64,000 nucleotides of DNA from Bacillota bacterium. Its GTDB lineage: Bacteria > Bacillota > Clostridia > Peptostreptococcales > Anaerovoracaceae. This document shows, in pieces, positions 18,620 to 28,709 of this stretch (its first letter is position 1; every line of letters begins with the position of its first letter). The notes beneath the pieces are model-generated. The model was not told the origin of the DNA. It ran no database searches and saw only the letters and a program-made list of their open reading frames with translations. The translations under genes were made by a program, and so were the position numbers. The stretch is from NCBI GenBank assembly GCA_017442785.1, contig JAFRZB010000038.1:79416-143415 (forward strand), given 5' to 3'.

Positions 18620-19754
18620 GACGATAACAGTATCACAACTCAACAGATATATCGGAAGGATCCTGTCCACAGACGCGCTCCTTATGAACGTAGCCGTAAG
18701 CGGTGAGCTTTCAAGGATCACCAGGAACCAGAGCGGCCACTGGTATTTCGACCTCAAGGACAGCACCAGCAGGATAAGATGCTTTTTGGCTGCCTCACGC
18801 GTTCCGAGGCTCCGTTTTGAGATAGACGAGGGGATGGAGGTCGTAGTATACGGAAACATAAGCGTATACGAGGCCGGAGGCAGCTACTCGGTAAATATCA
18901 TCGACATACAGCCGGTTGGGGAAGGGACCCTGGCGGCAGCCTTCGAAAAACTTAACAGAAAGCTTCAGGACGAAGGACTTTTCGACGAGGCTCATAAACG
19001 GCCCATCCCTCGCTTTCCGAAGAAGATAGGCGTGGTGACATCCCCTACAGGCGCTGCCGTAAGAGATATCATCACGACTGTCAGACGACGCTTCCCCTAT
19101 GTGGACATACTTCTTTATCCCGCAAAGGTGCAGGGTGAGGGAAGCGCCGAGACCGTCTGCGCCGGAATAGAATACTTCAACGAAGAGCATCCCGATACCG
19201 ATGTACTGATAATAGGACGCGGAGGAGGATCGCTTGAGGAGCTTTGGACCTTCAACGAGGAGTCTGTCGCAAGAGCGGTCTACGCTTCGAAGATACCTGT
19301 CATATCCGCTGTAGGGCACGAGACTGATTTCGTAATAACGGACAAGGTAGCGGACTTAAGGGCCGCCACTCCGACGGCTGCCGGCATGACGGCTGTCCCT
19401 CACATAGATGACATAAGGGACAGGCTCTCTGTCTGCAGTCCGCAGAGCTGCTTCAATCTGCTGCTTACTAAGGTGGAAAGGCAGCAGGCCGAGATATCAA
19501 GGCTTAAGGAGAGCGCTGAGAGCGGGATGCTTACCATGCTGAACGAATACTCCTCGCGCCTGAGGATGCTGAAACTCGACATGGAGTCTGCTAATCCCTT
19601 AAGCATAATCGGCTCGGGATATGCTATAATAAAGGGTAAAGACGGAGGCTGGAAGACCAGAGCCTCCGACATTGCCGCCGGAGATCTCATAACCGTAATG
19701 ATGTCCGGGGGAAGTTTGAAGGCTGAAGTAAAGGAGGTGGAGCTCGATGGATGA
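18612..19754 (+). CDS. xseA: Exodeoxyribonuclease VII large subunit
   Basis: The start was moved to ATG 18612 (MAKTITVSQLNRYI..L). It has an OB fold (GE.S......SGHWYF.LKD), then IGVVTSPTGAA.RDI and RGGGS.E.LW.FN.E. Confidence 0.9.
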   Translation: MAKTITVSQLNRYIGRILSTDALLMNVAVSGELSRITRNQSGHWYFDLKDSTSRIRCFLAASRVPRLRFEIDEGMEVVVYGNISVYEAGGSYSVNIIDIQPVGEGTLAAAFEKLNRKLQDEGLFDEAHKRPIPRFPKKIGVVTSPTGAAVRDIITTVRRRFPYVDILLYPAKVQGEGSAETVCAGIEYFNEEHPDTDVLIIGRGGGSLEELWTFNEESVARAVYASKIPVISAVGHETDFVITDKVADLRAATPTAAGMTAVPHIDDIRDRLSVCSPQSCFNLLLTKVERQQAEISRLKESAESGMLTMLNEYSSRLRMLKLDMESANPLSIIGSGYAIIKGKDGGWKTRASDIAAGDLITVMMSGGSLKAEVKEVELDG

Positions 19755-19974
19755 GAAAATGAGCTTTGAGGAAGCTCTTGAAAAGCTCGAAAATACAGTC
19801 AGAAAACTCAGAAGCCAGGAATGCAGTCTGCAGGAGTGCCTCGAGCTCTATGAGCAGAGCGTTAAGTACTATGAATTCTGCGACAGCTTTCTTAAGGAAG
19901 CAAAGCAGAAGATAGAGGTCTACAGACCTCAGACAGACACCGTGGAGGACTTCGATGATACCCAGCTCAGGTAA
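19747..19974 (+). CDS. xseB: Exodeoxyribonuclease VII small subunit
   Basis: 75 aa; SFEEALEKLENTVRKLRSQECSLQECLELYEQSVKYYEFC. Overlaps the xseA end. Confidence 0.88.
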   Translation: MDEKMSFEEALEKLENTVRKLRSQECSLQECLELYEQSVKYYEFCDSFLKEAKQKIEVYRPQTDTVEDFDDTQLR

Positions 19975-20833
19975 GGATGCATATAAGAGATATAAGGATC
20001 TTGTGGATGAGCACATACTGGACTTCATCCCCGAGATAGACCAGCGCAGCAAGGATCTGTATTCCGCAATGAAGTACGCGCTCCTGACAGGAGGAAAGCG
20101 CATACGTCCCTGCCTTGTGATGGCGTCCTGCGACATGTTCAACACCCCGATGCATTTCGTGATACCTTACGCATGCGCTGCCGAATACATACACACGTAT
20201 TCTCTCGTGCATGACGATCTTCCGTGCATGGATAACGACGATCTGAGGAGAGGCAAGCCCACCGTACACAAGGAGTTCGGGGAAGACATAGCCGTTCTTG
20301 CAGGAGACGGACTGCTGTCAGCCGCATTTGAGACCATGAACAAGGACATGCTTATGTACCTTGACGACCCGGAGCTCTTAAAGCGCAAGGTAAAGGCAGC
20401 CTTCTCCCTGTCCAAGGGCTGCGGCTGCAGGGGAATGGTAGCAGGGCAGATAGCCGACATACAGGCGGAGGGCACCAACTGCTCTACTGATCTTATAACC
20501 TATATCAACTACAACAAGACCGCCGCTCTCATAAGGGCCTGCGTAATGGCAGGCGGCTTCCTCGGCGGAATGCCGCGCGAGACCTTCGAAGACCTTTCAC
20601 GCTACGGAGAGAACATAGGGATGGCCTTCCAGCTCGCAGACGATCTTGAGGACGCAAGGAGCGGACAGGACGAGGGCAGGGCTACCTACATAAACGAGTT
20701 CGGCATAGAACAGTCCAGGGAAAGAGCCCTTGAACACATAGACATCGCCAAAAAGGCCGTGGAAAAGTATTACGACCACGCCGAGATATACATGTATCTT
20801 GCGGAATATCTGGAAGAAAAACTTAATGTATAA
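19955..20833 (+). CDS. ispA: Polyprenyl (farnesyl/geranylgeranyl) diphosphate synthase
   Basis: 292 aa with both Asp-rich motifs: LVHDDLPCMDNDDLRRGK and FQLADDLED. Confidence 0.88.
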   Translation: MIPSSGKDAYKRYKDLVDEHILDFIPEIDQRSKDLYSAMKYALLTGGKRIRPCLVMASCDMFNTPMHFVIPYACAAEYIHTYSLVHDDLPCMDNDDLRRGKPTVHKEFGEDIAVLAGDGLLSAAFETMNKDMLMYLDDPELLKRKVKAAFSLSKGCGCRGMVAGQIADIQAEGTNCSTDLITYINYNKTAALIRACVMAGGFLGGMPRETFEDLSRYGENIGMAFQLADDLEDARSGQDEGRATYINEFGIEQSRERALEHIDIAKKAVEKYYDHAEIYMYLAEYLEEKLNV

Positions 20834-22679
20834 GGAAGATAAAGAACTTCTGAAGTCAATAAAGCTGATGACTGTCCCTGAGCTGAACGCTCTGTCCGAA
20901 GAGATAAAGACGGACATGATAGACACCGTATCAAGGACAGGAGGGCACCTTGCGTCATCGCTGGGCGCGGTAGAGCTTACAGTAGCCATCTACCATGTTT
21001 TTGACATACCAAAGGACAAGGTCTTCTGGGACGTGGGCCACCAGTGCTACGCTTCCAAGATGATAAGCGGAAGATGGGACAGGATGGAAAGCCTGCGTCA
21101 GCTCGGAGGACTGTCCGGCTTTCCCAAGCGCAGCGAGAGCCCGGCAGATCTGAGCGACCCGGGCCACAGCGGAACATCCATTTCCATAGCGCAGGGAAGC
21201 GCAGTGGCAAGAGATCTTGCAGGGGAGAACTATTCCTGCGTTGCCGTAATAGGAGACGGTTCCATGACCTCCGGCGTCGCGTGGGAAGCCCTGGACATGA
21301 TAGGAGACAAGAAGACTCCCGTAATAGTCATACTAAATGACAACACCATGTCCATATCCGAGAACGTAGGAGGCTTTTCCAAGCATCTGCAAAAGCTCAG
21401 GACATCGGATTTCTATAACAGGTTCAAGAAGCGCCTTAAGAACAAGAACACTCCAAAAGGCATACACAGGCTCGGAAGCATCAGGAACGCGATAAAGTAC
21501 TCAGTGCTCCCGAGGACCATATTCGACGAGATAGGCTTTAAGTATTACGGCCCGATAGACGGGCACGACATGGAGAGCCTTATAAACATGCTGAGCTTCA
21601 TCAAGACTCTTAAGGAGCCCGTGGTGCTGCATGTGCTTACAAAAAAGGGCAACGGATTTGCCCCTGCGGAGAACGATCCCACCAAATTCCACGGGATAGG
21701 CAGGTACGACCCCAAGAGCGGAGAGACAGCCGAGTCTTCCGCAAAGAGCTGGTCGGAGATCTTCGGAGAATGCATGGTAAGACTGTCCGAGAAGGACGAC
21801 AGGCTCTGCGCCATCACCGCAGCCATGGGAGATTCAACGGGCCTTTGCGGATTTGCGCAAAAGCATCCGGAGAGATTCTTCGACGTAGGAATAGCCGAGC
21901 AGCACGCCGCAGCCCTTTCCGAAGGCCTTGCCTTAAGCGGACTCAGGCCTGTCGTTGCTATATACTCGACCTTCCTTCAGAGGGCCTACGACCAGGTCCT
22001 TACGGAGGTCTGCCTGCAGAAGCTGCCGGTCATCTTCGCAGTGGACAGGGCAGGTATCACCGGACACGACGGGGAGACCCACCAGGGCATATACGACATA
22101 GCTTATCTTTCCTCAATGCCGGGCATGACAGTAATGTGCCCGAGGGACGAGGCTACTCTGTTCAACATGATGAATGTCGCCCTCAGGCTCGGCACTCCCG
22201 TAGCCGTCAGATATCCAAAGGGGAGACCGCTTTCCTTCGATATACCTGCCGGAAATGGCGCTCCGCAGATGCTAAAGAACGGAAAGGACATGATCATCCT
22301 CTCCGACGCCAACAGTCTTAAGGACGCTCTCGGCGCCGCGGAGATCTTCGATAAGAGCATAATAAGCGGCTGGAAGCCCATGAGCTGCGCTGTCTGCGAC
22401 ATAGGGACGTTAAGACCCTTCGACGAGGAGTTCGTAAAGGACTGCTTCGGCAGGTATTCCATGGTGATAACCCTTGAGGACGGCATAGTAAGCGGGGGCT
22501 TCGGCTCCGCGGTCTCTTCTCTTGCCTGCGCCTCGGGAGCGGAATGCAGAGTGCTTAACCTCGGCTGGCCGGACGCCTTCATAGAGCACGGCAGCATAGA
22601 GGAGCTGCGCAAAAAATACAGACTGGATTCCGAGGGCATCGTGGAACGCATAAGAAGCTTTGCAGGAGGGATGTCTTGA
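20826..22679 (+). CDS. dxs: 1-deoxy-D-xylulose-5-phosphate synthase
   Basis: GGHLASSLGAVELTVA, GHSGTSIS and IGDGSMTSG (TPP binding). The ORF opens at 20799, but ATG 20826, which overlaps the ispA stop region, is the more plausible start. Confidence 0.93.
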   Translation: MYKEDKELLKSIKLMTVPELNALSEEIKTDMIDTVSRTGGHLASSLGAVELTVAIYHVFDIPKDKVFWDVGHQCYASKMISGRWDRMESLRQLGGLSGFPKRSESPADLSDPGHSGTSISIAQGSAVARDLAGENYSCVAVIGDGSMTSGVAWEALDMIGDKKTPVIVILNDNTMSISENVGGFSKHLQKLRTSDFYNRFKKRLKNKNTPKGIHRLGSIRNAIKYSVLPRTIFDEIGFKYYGPIDGHDMESLINMLSFIKTLKEPVVLHVLTKKGNGFAPAENDPTKFHGIGRYDPKSGETAESSAKSWSEIFGECMVRLSEKDDRLCAITAAMGDSTGLCGFAQKHPERFFDVGIAEQHAAALSEGLALSGLRPVVAIYSTFLQRAYDQVLTEVCLQKLPVIFAVDRAGITGHDGETHQGIYDIAYLSSMPGMTVMCPRDEATLFNMMNVALRLGTPVAVRYPKGRPLSFDIPAGNGAPQMLKNGKDMIILSDANSLKDALGAAEIFDKSIISGWKPMSCAVCDIGTLRPFDEEFVKDCFGRYSMVITLEDGIVSGGFGSAVSSLACASGAECRVLNLGWPDAFIEHGSIEELRKKYRLDSEGIVERIRSFAGGMS

Positions 22680-23473
22680 AGAAACGTCTGGATGTGCTCC
22701 TCTTTGAAAAAGGCTTCTTCGATTCCAGGGAAAAGGCCAGGATAGCCATAATGGAAGGCCTCGTCTATGTAAACAAGGCCATATCCGACAAGCCCGGCAC
22801 CCAGGTGCCGGAAGACGCTCTGCTGGAAGTAAAAGGACAGGTCTGCCCCTATGTAAGCAGGGGAGGATATAAGCTGGCCGGGGCCATCGAAGCCTTCGGT
22901 CTGGACGTTTCCGGCAAGGTATGCATGGACATCGGATCCTCTACGGGAGGATTTACGGACTGCCTTCTTCAGAACGGCGCTGCTAAGGTCTACGCGGTAG
23001 ATGTGGGCACTAACCAGCTGGCGTACAAGCTCCGTGTGGATCCACGCGTAGTTTGCATGGAGAAGACCAATTTCAGGAATTTCGACACTGCTTCCGTCGA
23101 AGAGAAGATGGACTTTGCCTGCACGGATGTTTCCTTCATATCACTTAAGCATATCTTTCCTAATGCTTCGAAGCTGTTATCAGAAGACGCCTTTATAGTG
23201 GCCCTCGTAAAGCCCCAATTCGAAGCCGGAAGGGAGCAAGTGGGCAAAAAAGGCATAGTTAAGGACCCTGCAGTGCACGTACAGGTAATAGAGAACGTCA
23301 TCGGATACGCCAGGGAGGCCGGTCTTTATCCCTGCGGTCTTGATCACTCTCCGATAACCGGTACTACCGGAAACATAGAATTTCTGCTGCTTTTATCCAA
23401 AGATCCTTTGCGTGCTCAGGATCCGGACATTAAGGCAGTCGTTGATAAAGCCCACGGCAAGCTGGAGGTATAG
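22676..23473 (+). CDS. tlyA: TlyA-family 16S/23S rRNA (cytidine-2'-O)-methyltransferase
   Basis: 265 aa with an S4 domain (KKRLDVLL...G...SR..A...I..G.V.VN), SRGG.KL and DIG.STGGFTD. The TTG start overlaps the dxs stop. Confidence 0.88.
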   Translation: MKKRLDVLLFEKGFFDSREKARIAIMEGLVYVNKAISDKPGTQVPEDALLEVKGQVCPYVSRGGYKLAGAIEAFGLDVSGKVCMDIGSSTGGFTDCLLQNGAAKVYAVDVGTNQLAYKLRVDPRVVCMEKTNFRNFDTASVEEKMDFACTDVSFISLKHIFPNASKLLSEDAFIVALVKPQFEAGREQVGKKGIVKDPAVHVQVIENVIGYAREAGLYPCGLDHSPITGTTGNIEFLLLLSKDPLRAQDPDIKAVVDKAHGKLEV

Positions 23474-26005
23474 ATGGCATACAGCCCTATGATGCAGCAG
23501 TATCTGGCAACCAAGGAGCAGTATAAGGACTGCATCCTCTTTTACCGTCTCGGGGATTTCTACGAGATGTTTTTTGATGATGCCGTGACCGTCTCCAAGG
23601 CCATAGACCTTGTCCTTACTGCAAAGGCCTGCGGCGACGATGAGAAGGCGCCCATGTGCGGCGTTCCTTTCCATTCGGCGGATACGTACATATCAAGGTT
23701 GATAGAGAAGGGCTACAAGGTAGCCATAGCAGAGCAGATGGCAGACCCCGCCACAGTAAAGGGCATAGTTCCGAGGGAAGTCATCAGAGTGGTTACGCCC
23801 GGTACCGTCACCAGCTCCGCGATGCTGTCCGAAAAGGACAACAACTACCTTCTTTCCGTTTACTTTGACGATTCAGTCGACCTCTCCTGGTGCGATCTTT
23901 CCACGGGCGAGTTCTGCGCCGCAAGGGCAGGGGGAGAGAACAGGACCGAACAGATGCTGGAGTTCGTCGTAAGGATACAGCCCAGGGAGATAATCAGCAA
24001 CCTGGGGCCGGAGAGAGCTCCCGAGCTCTGGGAGTACGCCCAGCACACGGAGAACGTGTTCATTTCCCAGATAAGCCAGCGCCTCAGCTACGAAAAGAGC
24101 GCGCCGGGAATGCTCCTTGCGTATCTTAAGGACACCCAGAAGCAGGACATAGGACATCTTGAGCCTTTAAGGATAATCGACAGCAACAGTACCATGCGCC
24201 TGGACAAGGCTAGCATAAAGAACCTCGAGCTTACGGAGACGCTTTTCGAAAAGACCGTAAACGGCTCTCTTCTGGGCGTTCTGGACATGTGCAGGACTGC
24301 CATGGGATCCAGAAAGCTCAAGCAGTGGCTGAGAGAGCCGCTGACCGACCTTAAGCAGATAAGGGACCGTCTTGACGCCGTTGAGACCCTTACTGAAGAC
24401 ATACTCACAAGAAACGACCTGCGGGCACACCTTGCCGGGGTCTACGACCTTGAAAGGCTCGTTGCCAGGATATCCCTCGGCACTGCAAACGCAAGGGATC
24501 TCTATGCCCTTAAGCTTAGCCTTTCCGGTCTTCCGGACATAAAATACGCGCTTGAGGGAACATCGTCCGCGCTGCTTGCGGAGCTCGCGTCTCAGATAGA
24601 CGTTCTTAAGGATATACGTGACGAGCTTGAGAGAGCGATAGTAGACGATCCTCCGTTCTCCGTAAGGGAGGGCGGAATTATACGCCGCGGATACTCCAAA
24701 CAGCTGGACGACATAAACGACTCCGCAAGAGACGGCAGAAAGTGGATAGCCGGACTTGAGGCTACCGAAAGGGAACGCACAGGCATCAAGAACCTTAAGG
24801 TAGGATACAATAAGGTCTTCGGCTACTATATCGAGATAAGCAAGTCCCAGACCTCAATGGCTCCTGCCGATTACATAAGAAAACAGACCCTCGTAGGAGG
24901 GGAGAGGTACATAACCCCGGAGCTCAAGGAGATGGAGAGCATAGTCATGAGCGCCCAGTCCAGGACTAACGAGCTGGAATACAGCCTGTTCTGCAGCCTC
25001 AGGGACAGCATAAGAGAGCTCATACCGACTATCCAGAGGAACTCATCCGTGCTCGCGAGCATCGATGTACTGTGCAGTTTTGCAGAGGTCTCCGTAAAAA
25101 ATGATTATGTAAAACCTATCGTCACCGATGATGACGAGATAATAATAAAGAAGGGGCGCCATCCGGTGATCGAAAACACCATATCCGACGGGCGCTACGT
25201 CTCAAACGACGTCTACATAGACCGCGGTGACGCCTCCATGCTTCTGATAACCGGCCCCAACATGTCCGGTAAATCTACATACATGAGACAGCTTGCGCTT
25301 ATAGTCCTGATGGCTCAGGCAGGCTGCTTCGTTCCTGCCCAGGAGGCTCGCATAGGTGTCTGCGACCGCATCTACACAAGGATAGGCGCCTCGGACAACA
25401 TCTCCATGGGCCAGTCGACCTTCTTTGTGGAGATGTCGGAGCTTGCGTACATACTTAACACGGCAACGTCAAAGAGCCTGATAATCCTTGACGAGATAGG
25501 CCGCGGTACCAGCACATACGACGGTCTGTCAATAGCATGGGCCGTCGTGGAGGCTCTTACCAGGCCTGAGCTTAAGGCAAGGACTCTGTTTGCCACTCAT
25601 TATCACGAGCTGACCAGCCTTGAGGGGGTCATCCCCGGCGTAAAGAACCTCAACGTTGACGTTGCGGAAAAGGATGGCAGCATAATCTTCCTGCACAAAA
25701 TAGTGGAAGGAAGCGCAAGCAGGAGCTACGGCATACATGTCGCAAGGCTCGCGGGCGTGCCGAGATCCGTACTTGACGCCGCGCAGCAAAAGCTCGATGC
25801 CCTGGAATCCGAAAGACACGGAACGGCAGAGCTTTCGAATGTACGCGTAAAGGACAGCTCTGACGAACAGGTACAGCTTTCACTGTTCAACTCTGCAGAT
25901 TCCGTCGTGGCTCAGAAGATAAAGAACCTGGATCTTATGAATCTTACACCTTCCGGCGCCATAAAGGTGCTCGAAGAGCTTAAAGAGGAGGTCAGGGACA
26001 TATGA
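23474..26005 (+). CDS. mutS: DNA mismatch repair protein MutS
   Basis: 843 aa; TPMMQQY-type N-terminus (SPMMQQYL..K), GDFYEMFFDDA, Walker A ITGPNMSGKST, and DEIGRGTSTYDG. Confidence 0.96.
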   Translation: MAYSPMMQQYLATKEQYKDCILFYRLGDFYEMFFDDAVTVSKAIDLVLTAKACGDDEKAPMCGVPFHSADTYISRLIEKGYKVAIAEQMADPATVKGIVPREVIRVVTPGTVTSSAMLSEKDNNYLLSVYFDDSVDLSWCDLSTGEFCAARAGGENRTEQMLEFVVRIQPREIISNLGPERAPELWEYAQHTENVFISQISQRLSYEKSAPGMLLAYLKDTQKQDIGHLEPLRIIDSNSTMRLDKASIKNLELTETLFEKTVNGSLLGVLDMCRTAMGSRKLKQWLREPLTDLKQIRDRLDAVETLTEDILTRNDLRAHLAGVYDLERLVARISLGTANARDLYALKLSLSGLPDIKYALEGTSSALLAELASQIDVLKDIRDELERAIVDDPPFSVREGGIIRRGYSKQLDDINDSARDGRKWIAGLEATERERTGIKNLKVGYNKVFGYYIEISKSQTSMAPADYIRKQTLVGGERYITPELKEMESIVMSAQSRTNELEYSLFCSLRDSIRELIPTIQRNSSVLASIDVLCSFAEVSVKNDYVKPIVTDDDEIIIKKGRHPVIENTISDGRYVSNDVYIDRGDASMLLITGPNMSGKSTYMRQLALIVLMAQAGCFVPAQEARIGVCDRIYTRIGASDNISMGQSTFFVEMSELAYILNTATSKSLIILDEIGRGTSTYDGLSIAWAVVEALTRPELKARTLFATHYHELTSLEGVIPGVKNLNVDVAEKDGSIIFLHKIVEGSASRSYGIHVARLAGVPRSVLDAAQQKLDALESERHGTAELSNVRVKDSSDEQVQLSLFNSADSVVAQKIKNLDLMNLTPSGAIKVLEELKEEVRDI

Positions 26006-27798
26006 GATATCCTCAGATAGAAGCACTGGCCTCTGATGTTGCCGACAAGATAGCTGCCGGAGAAGTAGTAGAAAGGCCTCTTTCCATAGTTAAGGAGCTC
26101 CTGGAGAACTCCATAGACGCAGGAGCGACATCCATAACCGTTGAAACATCAAAGGGCGGCAAGGAATACATAAGAGTTACCGACAACGGCTGCGGCATCC
26201 CCAAGGGCCAGCTGGAGCTGGCCTTCATGCGCTATGCCACCAGCAAGCTGAGGACTGCCGAGGACCTTTCCGCGGTAGACACTCTCGGGTTCAGGGGCGA
26301 GGCACTTGCTTCGATAGCATCAGTCTCCAGGACGGAGCTGATATCAAGACCGGCCTCGGAAAAGCTCGGTGCAAGGATAAGCATAGCCGCATCAAGCATC
26401 CTTTCCATCGAAGACGCGGCCTGCGAGGACGGGACTACCATAATAGTCCGGGATCTTTTCTTCAATGTTCCCGCAAGGCTCAAGTTCCTTAAGCCGGACA
26501 ACACCGAAGCCGCGCTCATAACCGATTACGTATCCAAGATGGCCATTGCATATCCGGCAGTCCGCATTCGCCTCATATCCAACGGCACCACTCTGTTCTC
26601 AAGCCCGGGCAAGGGCTCGCTGAAGCACGCCTTAATGACCGTATACAGTCCCAAGATGTGCGAAAAGCTCCTGGAGCTCGCAAGAGAAGAGGACGGGATG
26701 CGGCTTACGGGCTACATATCTTCTCCCACATATTTCGAGAGGAACAGAAGGCGCCAGATATTCTTCGTAAACGGAAGGCTGATAAAGAGCAAGCTCCTTG
26801 AGAATGCGGTTGCACGAGCCTACAGCGACAAGCTGTTCGATGGGCAGTACCCCGCGGTCTTCCTGTTTCTGAACATCGACCCGTCCGAGCTGGACGTCAA
26901 CATACACCCGCACAAGACCGAAGTCAGGTTCTATCAGGAAGGACCTGTGAGCGATTTCATCGTAAGCGCAATAAGAAGGACTCTTCTGGATCCAAGATCT
27001 CTTGAGCTTAAAGCGCCTTCTTATGAGGCTCCCGTGCCTGAGGTCAGAGAAGTCCGCGCGGCGGCCGAAGAAGTCGAGAAGGTCTACCTCTTTGAGCCTG
27101 AGATAAAGGAGGAGCATCCGGAGCCTTCCGCAGCAGCATCCTTCTTCAGCGCCCAGCGCGCGCAGCAGACCGAAAAAGAAGTCCAGGTCCAGGAGGAGAT
27201 CTTCGAATACAACACCGACAAAAGGCTCATATTCGCTTCCCTTGAATACATAGGCGAGATATTCTCGACTTATCTTCTGTTCAAGGACGACAGCGGGCTG
27301 TACATCATGGACCAGCACGCAGCGCACGAGCGTGTCATGTACGAGAAGCTTCTCAAGGGCTTTAATTCCGAGGAGAACGCTTCCCAGCAGCTGCTTGTTC
27401 CGATGATCAAGGAGCTCGGCATCTCCGAGGTCCAGGCATCAGCGGACGCTGCAGTACTTCTTAAGGATCTGGGCTTTGAGATAAGGGAGTTCGGGCCAAC
27501 TGCCTACGCAGTCAGCGCCGTTCCGGGCTTCATGGACCTTGCTGAGGCCGAGAGCTTCATAGATGAGTTCTTCAGCGCAAGCAGCGAAGGACGGAGCGTC
27601 CAGGCCCGCAGGGATCAGATCACCTTGAGGGCCTGCAAGTCCGCAGTAAAGGCCCATGATAAGCTTTCCGTAAGCGAGATAAGGCGGCTTCTGCTGGACC
27701 TGGACCGCTGCGAGAATCCTTTCTCCTGTCCGCACGGAAGACCGGTGTTCCTCAAGTACTCCGAATACGAGCTCGAAAGGCTCTTCAAGCGTAAATGA
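26002..27798 (+). CDS. mutL: DNA mismatch repair protein MutL
   Basis: 598 aa with the GHKL ATPase motifs (IAAGEVVERP.S.VKEL.ENS.DAGA, DNG.GI, TLGFRGEAL) and a C-terminal dimerisation domain with DQHAAHERV and ACKSAVKA. Confidence 0.95.
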   Translation: MRYPQIEALASDVADKIAAGEVVERPLSIVKELLENSIDAGATSITVETSKGGKEYIRVTDNGCGIPKGQLELAFMRYATSKLRTAEDLSAVDTLGFRGEALASIASVSRTELISRPASEKLGARISIAASSILSIEDAACEDGTTIIVRDLFFNVPARLKFLKPDNTEAALITDYVSKMAIAYPAVRIRLISNGTTLFSSPGKGSLKHALMTVYSPKMCEKLLELAREEDGMRLTGYISSPTYFERNRRRQIFFVNGRLIKSKLLENAVARAYSDKLFDGQYPAVFLFLNIDPSELDVNIHPHKTEVRFYQEGPVSDFIVSAIRRTLLDPRSLELKAPSYEAPVPEVREVRAAAEEVEKVYLFEPEIKEEHPEPSAAASFFSAQRAQQTEKEVQVQEEIFEYNTDKRLIFASLEYIGEIFSTYLLFKDDSGLYIMDQHAAHERVMYEKLLKGFNSEENASQQLLVPMIKELGISEVQASADAAVLLKDLGFEIREFGPTAYAVSAVPGFMDLAEAESFIDEFFSASSEGRSVQARRDQITLRACKSAVKAHDKLSVSEIRRLLLDLDRCENPFSCPHGRPVFLKYSEYELERLFKRK

Positions 27799-28685
27799 TA
27801 AGGACATATTTCGTCGTGGGGCCTACGGCCTCCGGTAAAACCGAATATGCCATAAGACTCGCCGAAGACATAGGCGGCGAGATAGTCTCCGCGGATTCCA
27901 TGCAGATATACAAATACATGGACATAGGAAGCGCAAAACCTTCCGCAGACGAGCTCGCAAAAGTAAAGCATCATCTTATAGGCGAGATAGACCCCAAGCA
28001 GCCTTTTAACGTGTCGGATTATCAGAAACTCGCCCTGGAATACATCCGGAGGATAGCCTCAGAGGGCAAGGTGCCAGTGGTATGCGGAGGCACAGGCCTG
28101 TACATCAACTCTCTGGTCTATAAGATGGATTTTTCCGCCCCCGAAGGAGATGACGCTTTCCGCCAAAGGATATTCAGGGAAGAAGACGGAGATACGGAAA
28201 GGCTCCATGAAAGGCTAAGAAGGCTGGATCCGGACGCAGCCGAAGCGATACATCCCAACAATGTAAAGCGCGTGCTGCGGGCCATAGAAAGGCTTGAGAA
28301 AGGGGAGGGGAAGCTTGCGGAATTCGCGGCTGCCACAGAGCCTTCGGATGTCATAGAGCCACTGATGCTGGGCATGGACGTTGAGCGGAGCGTCCTTTAC
28401 GACAGGATAAACAGAAGGGTAGACCTGATGCTGCAAAATGGCCTTGCGGAAGAGGTAAATAGTCTCATGGACATGGGCTTTACGTCCTCAGATGTTGCAA
28501 TGAAAGGCATAGGCTACAAGGAGATAATAGACGCCGTAAACAGAGGGGAAGCTCCCGAAAGCGCCGCTGAGACGATAAAGCTCAACACAAGGCACTACGC
28601 CAGAAGGCAGATGATATGGCTGCGCAGATATCCTCAGATAAAGTGGGTATCTCCGGAATATGATTCCGAAAAAATTGCATTTTAG
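27795..28685 (+). CDS. miaA: tRNA dimethylallyltransferase
   Basis: 296 aa; GPTASGKT P-loop, SADSMQIYK.MDIGSAKP, and GGTGLY. Confidence 0.94.
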   Translation: MIRTYFVVGPTASGKTEYAIRLAEDIGGEIVSADSMQIYKYMDIGSAKPSADELAKVKHHLIGEIDPKQPFNVSDYQKLALEYIRRIASEGKVPVVCGGTGLYINSLVYKMDFSAPEGDDAFRQRIFREEDGDTERLHERLRRLDPDAAEAIHPNNVKRVLRAIERLEKGEGKLAEFAAATEPSDVIEPLMLGMDVERSVLYDRINRRVDLMLQNGLAEEVNSLMDMGFTSSDVAMKGIGYKEIIDAVNRGEAPESAAETIKLNTRHYARRQMIWLRRYPQIKWVSPEYDSEKIAF

Positions 28686-28689
28686 GAAT
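28663..28689 (+). repeat. dif-like recombinase core site, copy A (10-7-10): ATTCCGAAAA-AATTGCA-TTTTAGGAAT
   Basis: Inverted arms ATTCCGAAAA / ATTCCTAAAA (rc). The right arm is identical and the left arm 9/10 identical to the site at 31836-31861. It overlaps the miaA stop codon and the -35 of the recombinase promoter. Confidence 0.5.
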
Positions 28690-28703
28690 AGTTGTGGTAA
28701 TAT
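28675..28703 (+). promoter_or_regulatory. Putative sigma-A promoter of the recombinase gene; predicted leaderless transcript
   Basis: TTGCAT (28675-28680), 17-nt spacer, and an extended -10 TGGTAATAT (28695-28703). The recombinase ATG at 28710 is 7 nt past the -10, and no Shine-Dalgarno lies in between. Confidence 0.5.
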
Positions 28704-28709
28704 GCTAGT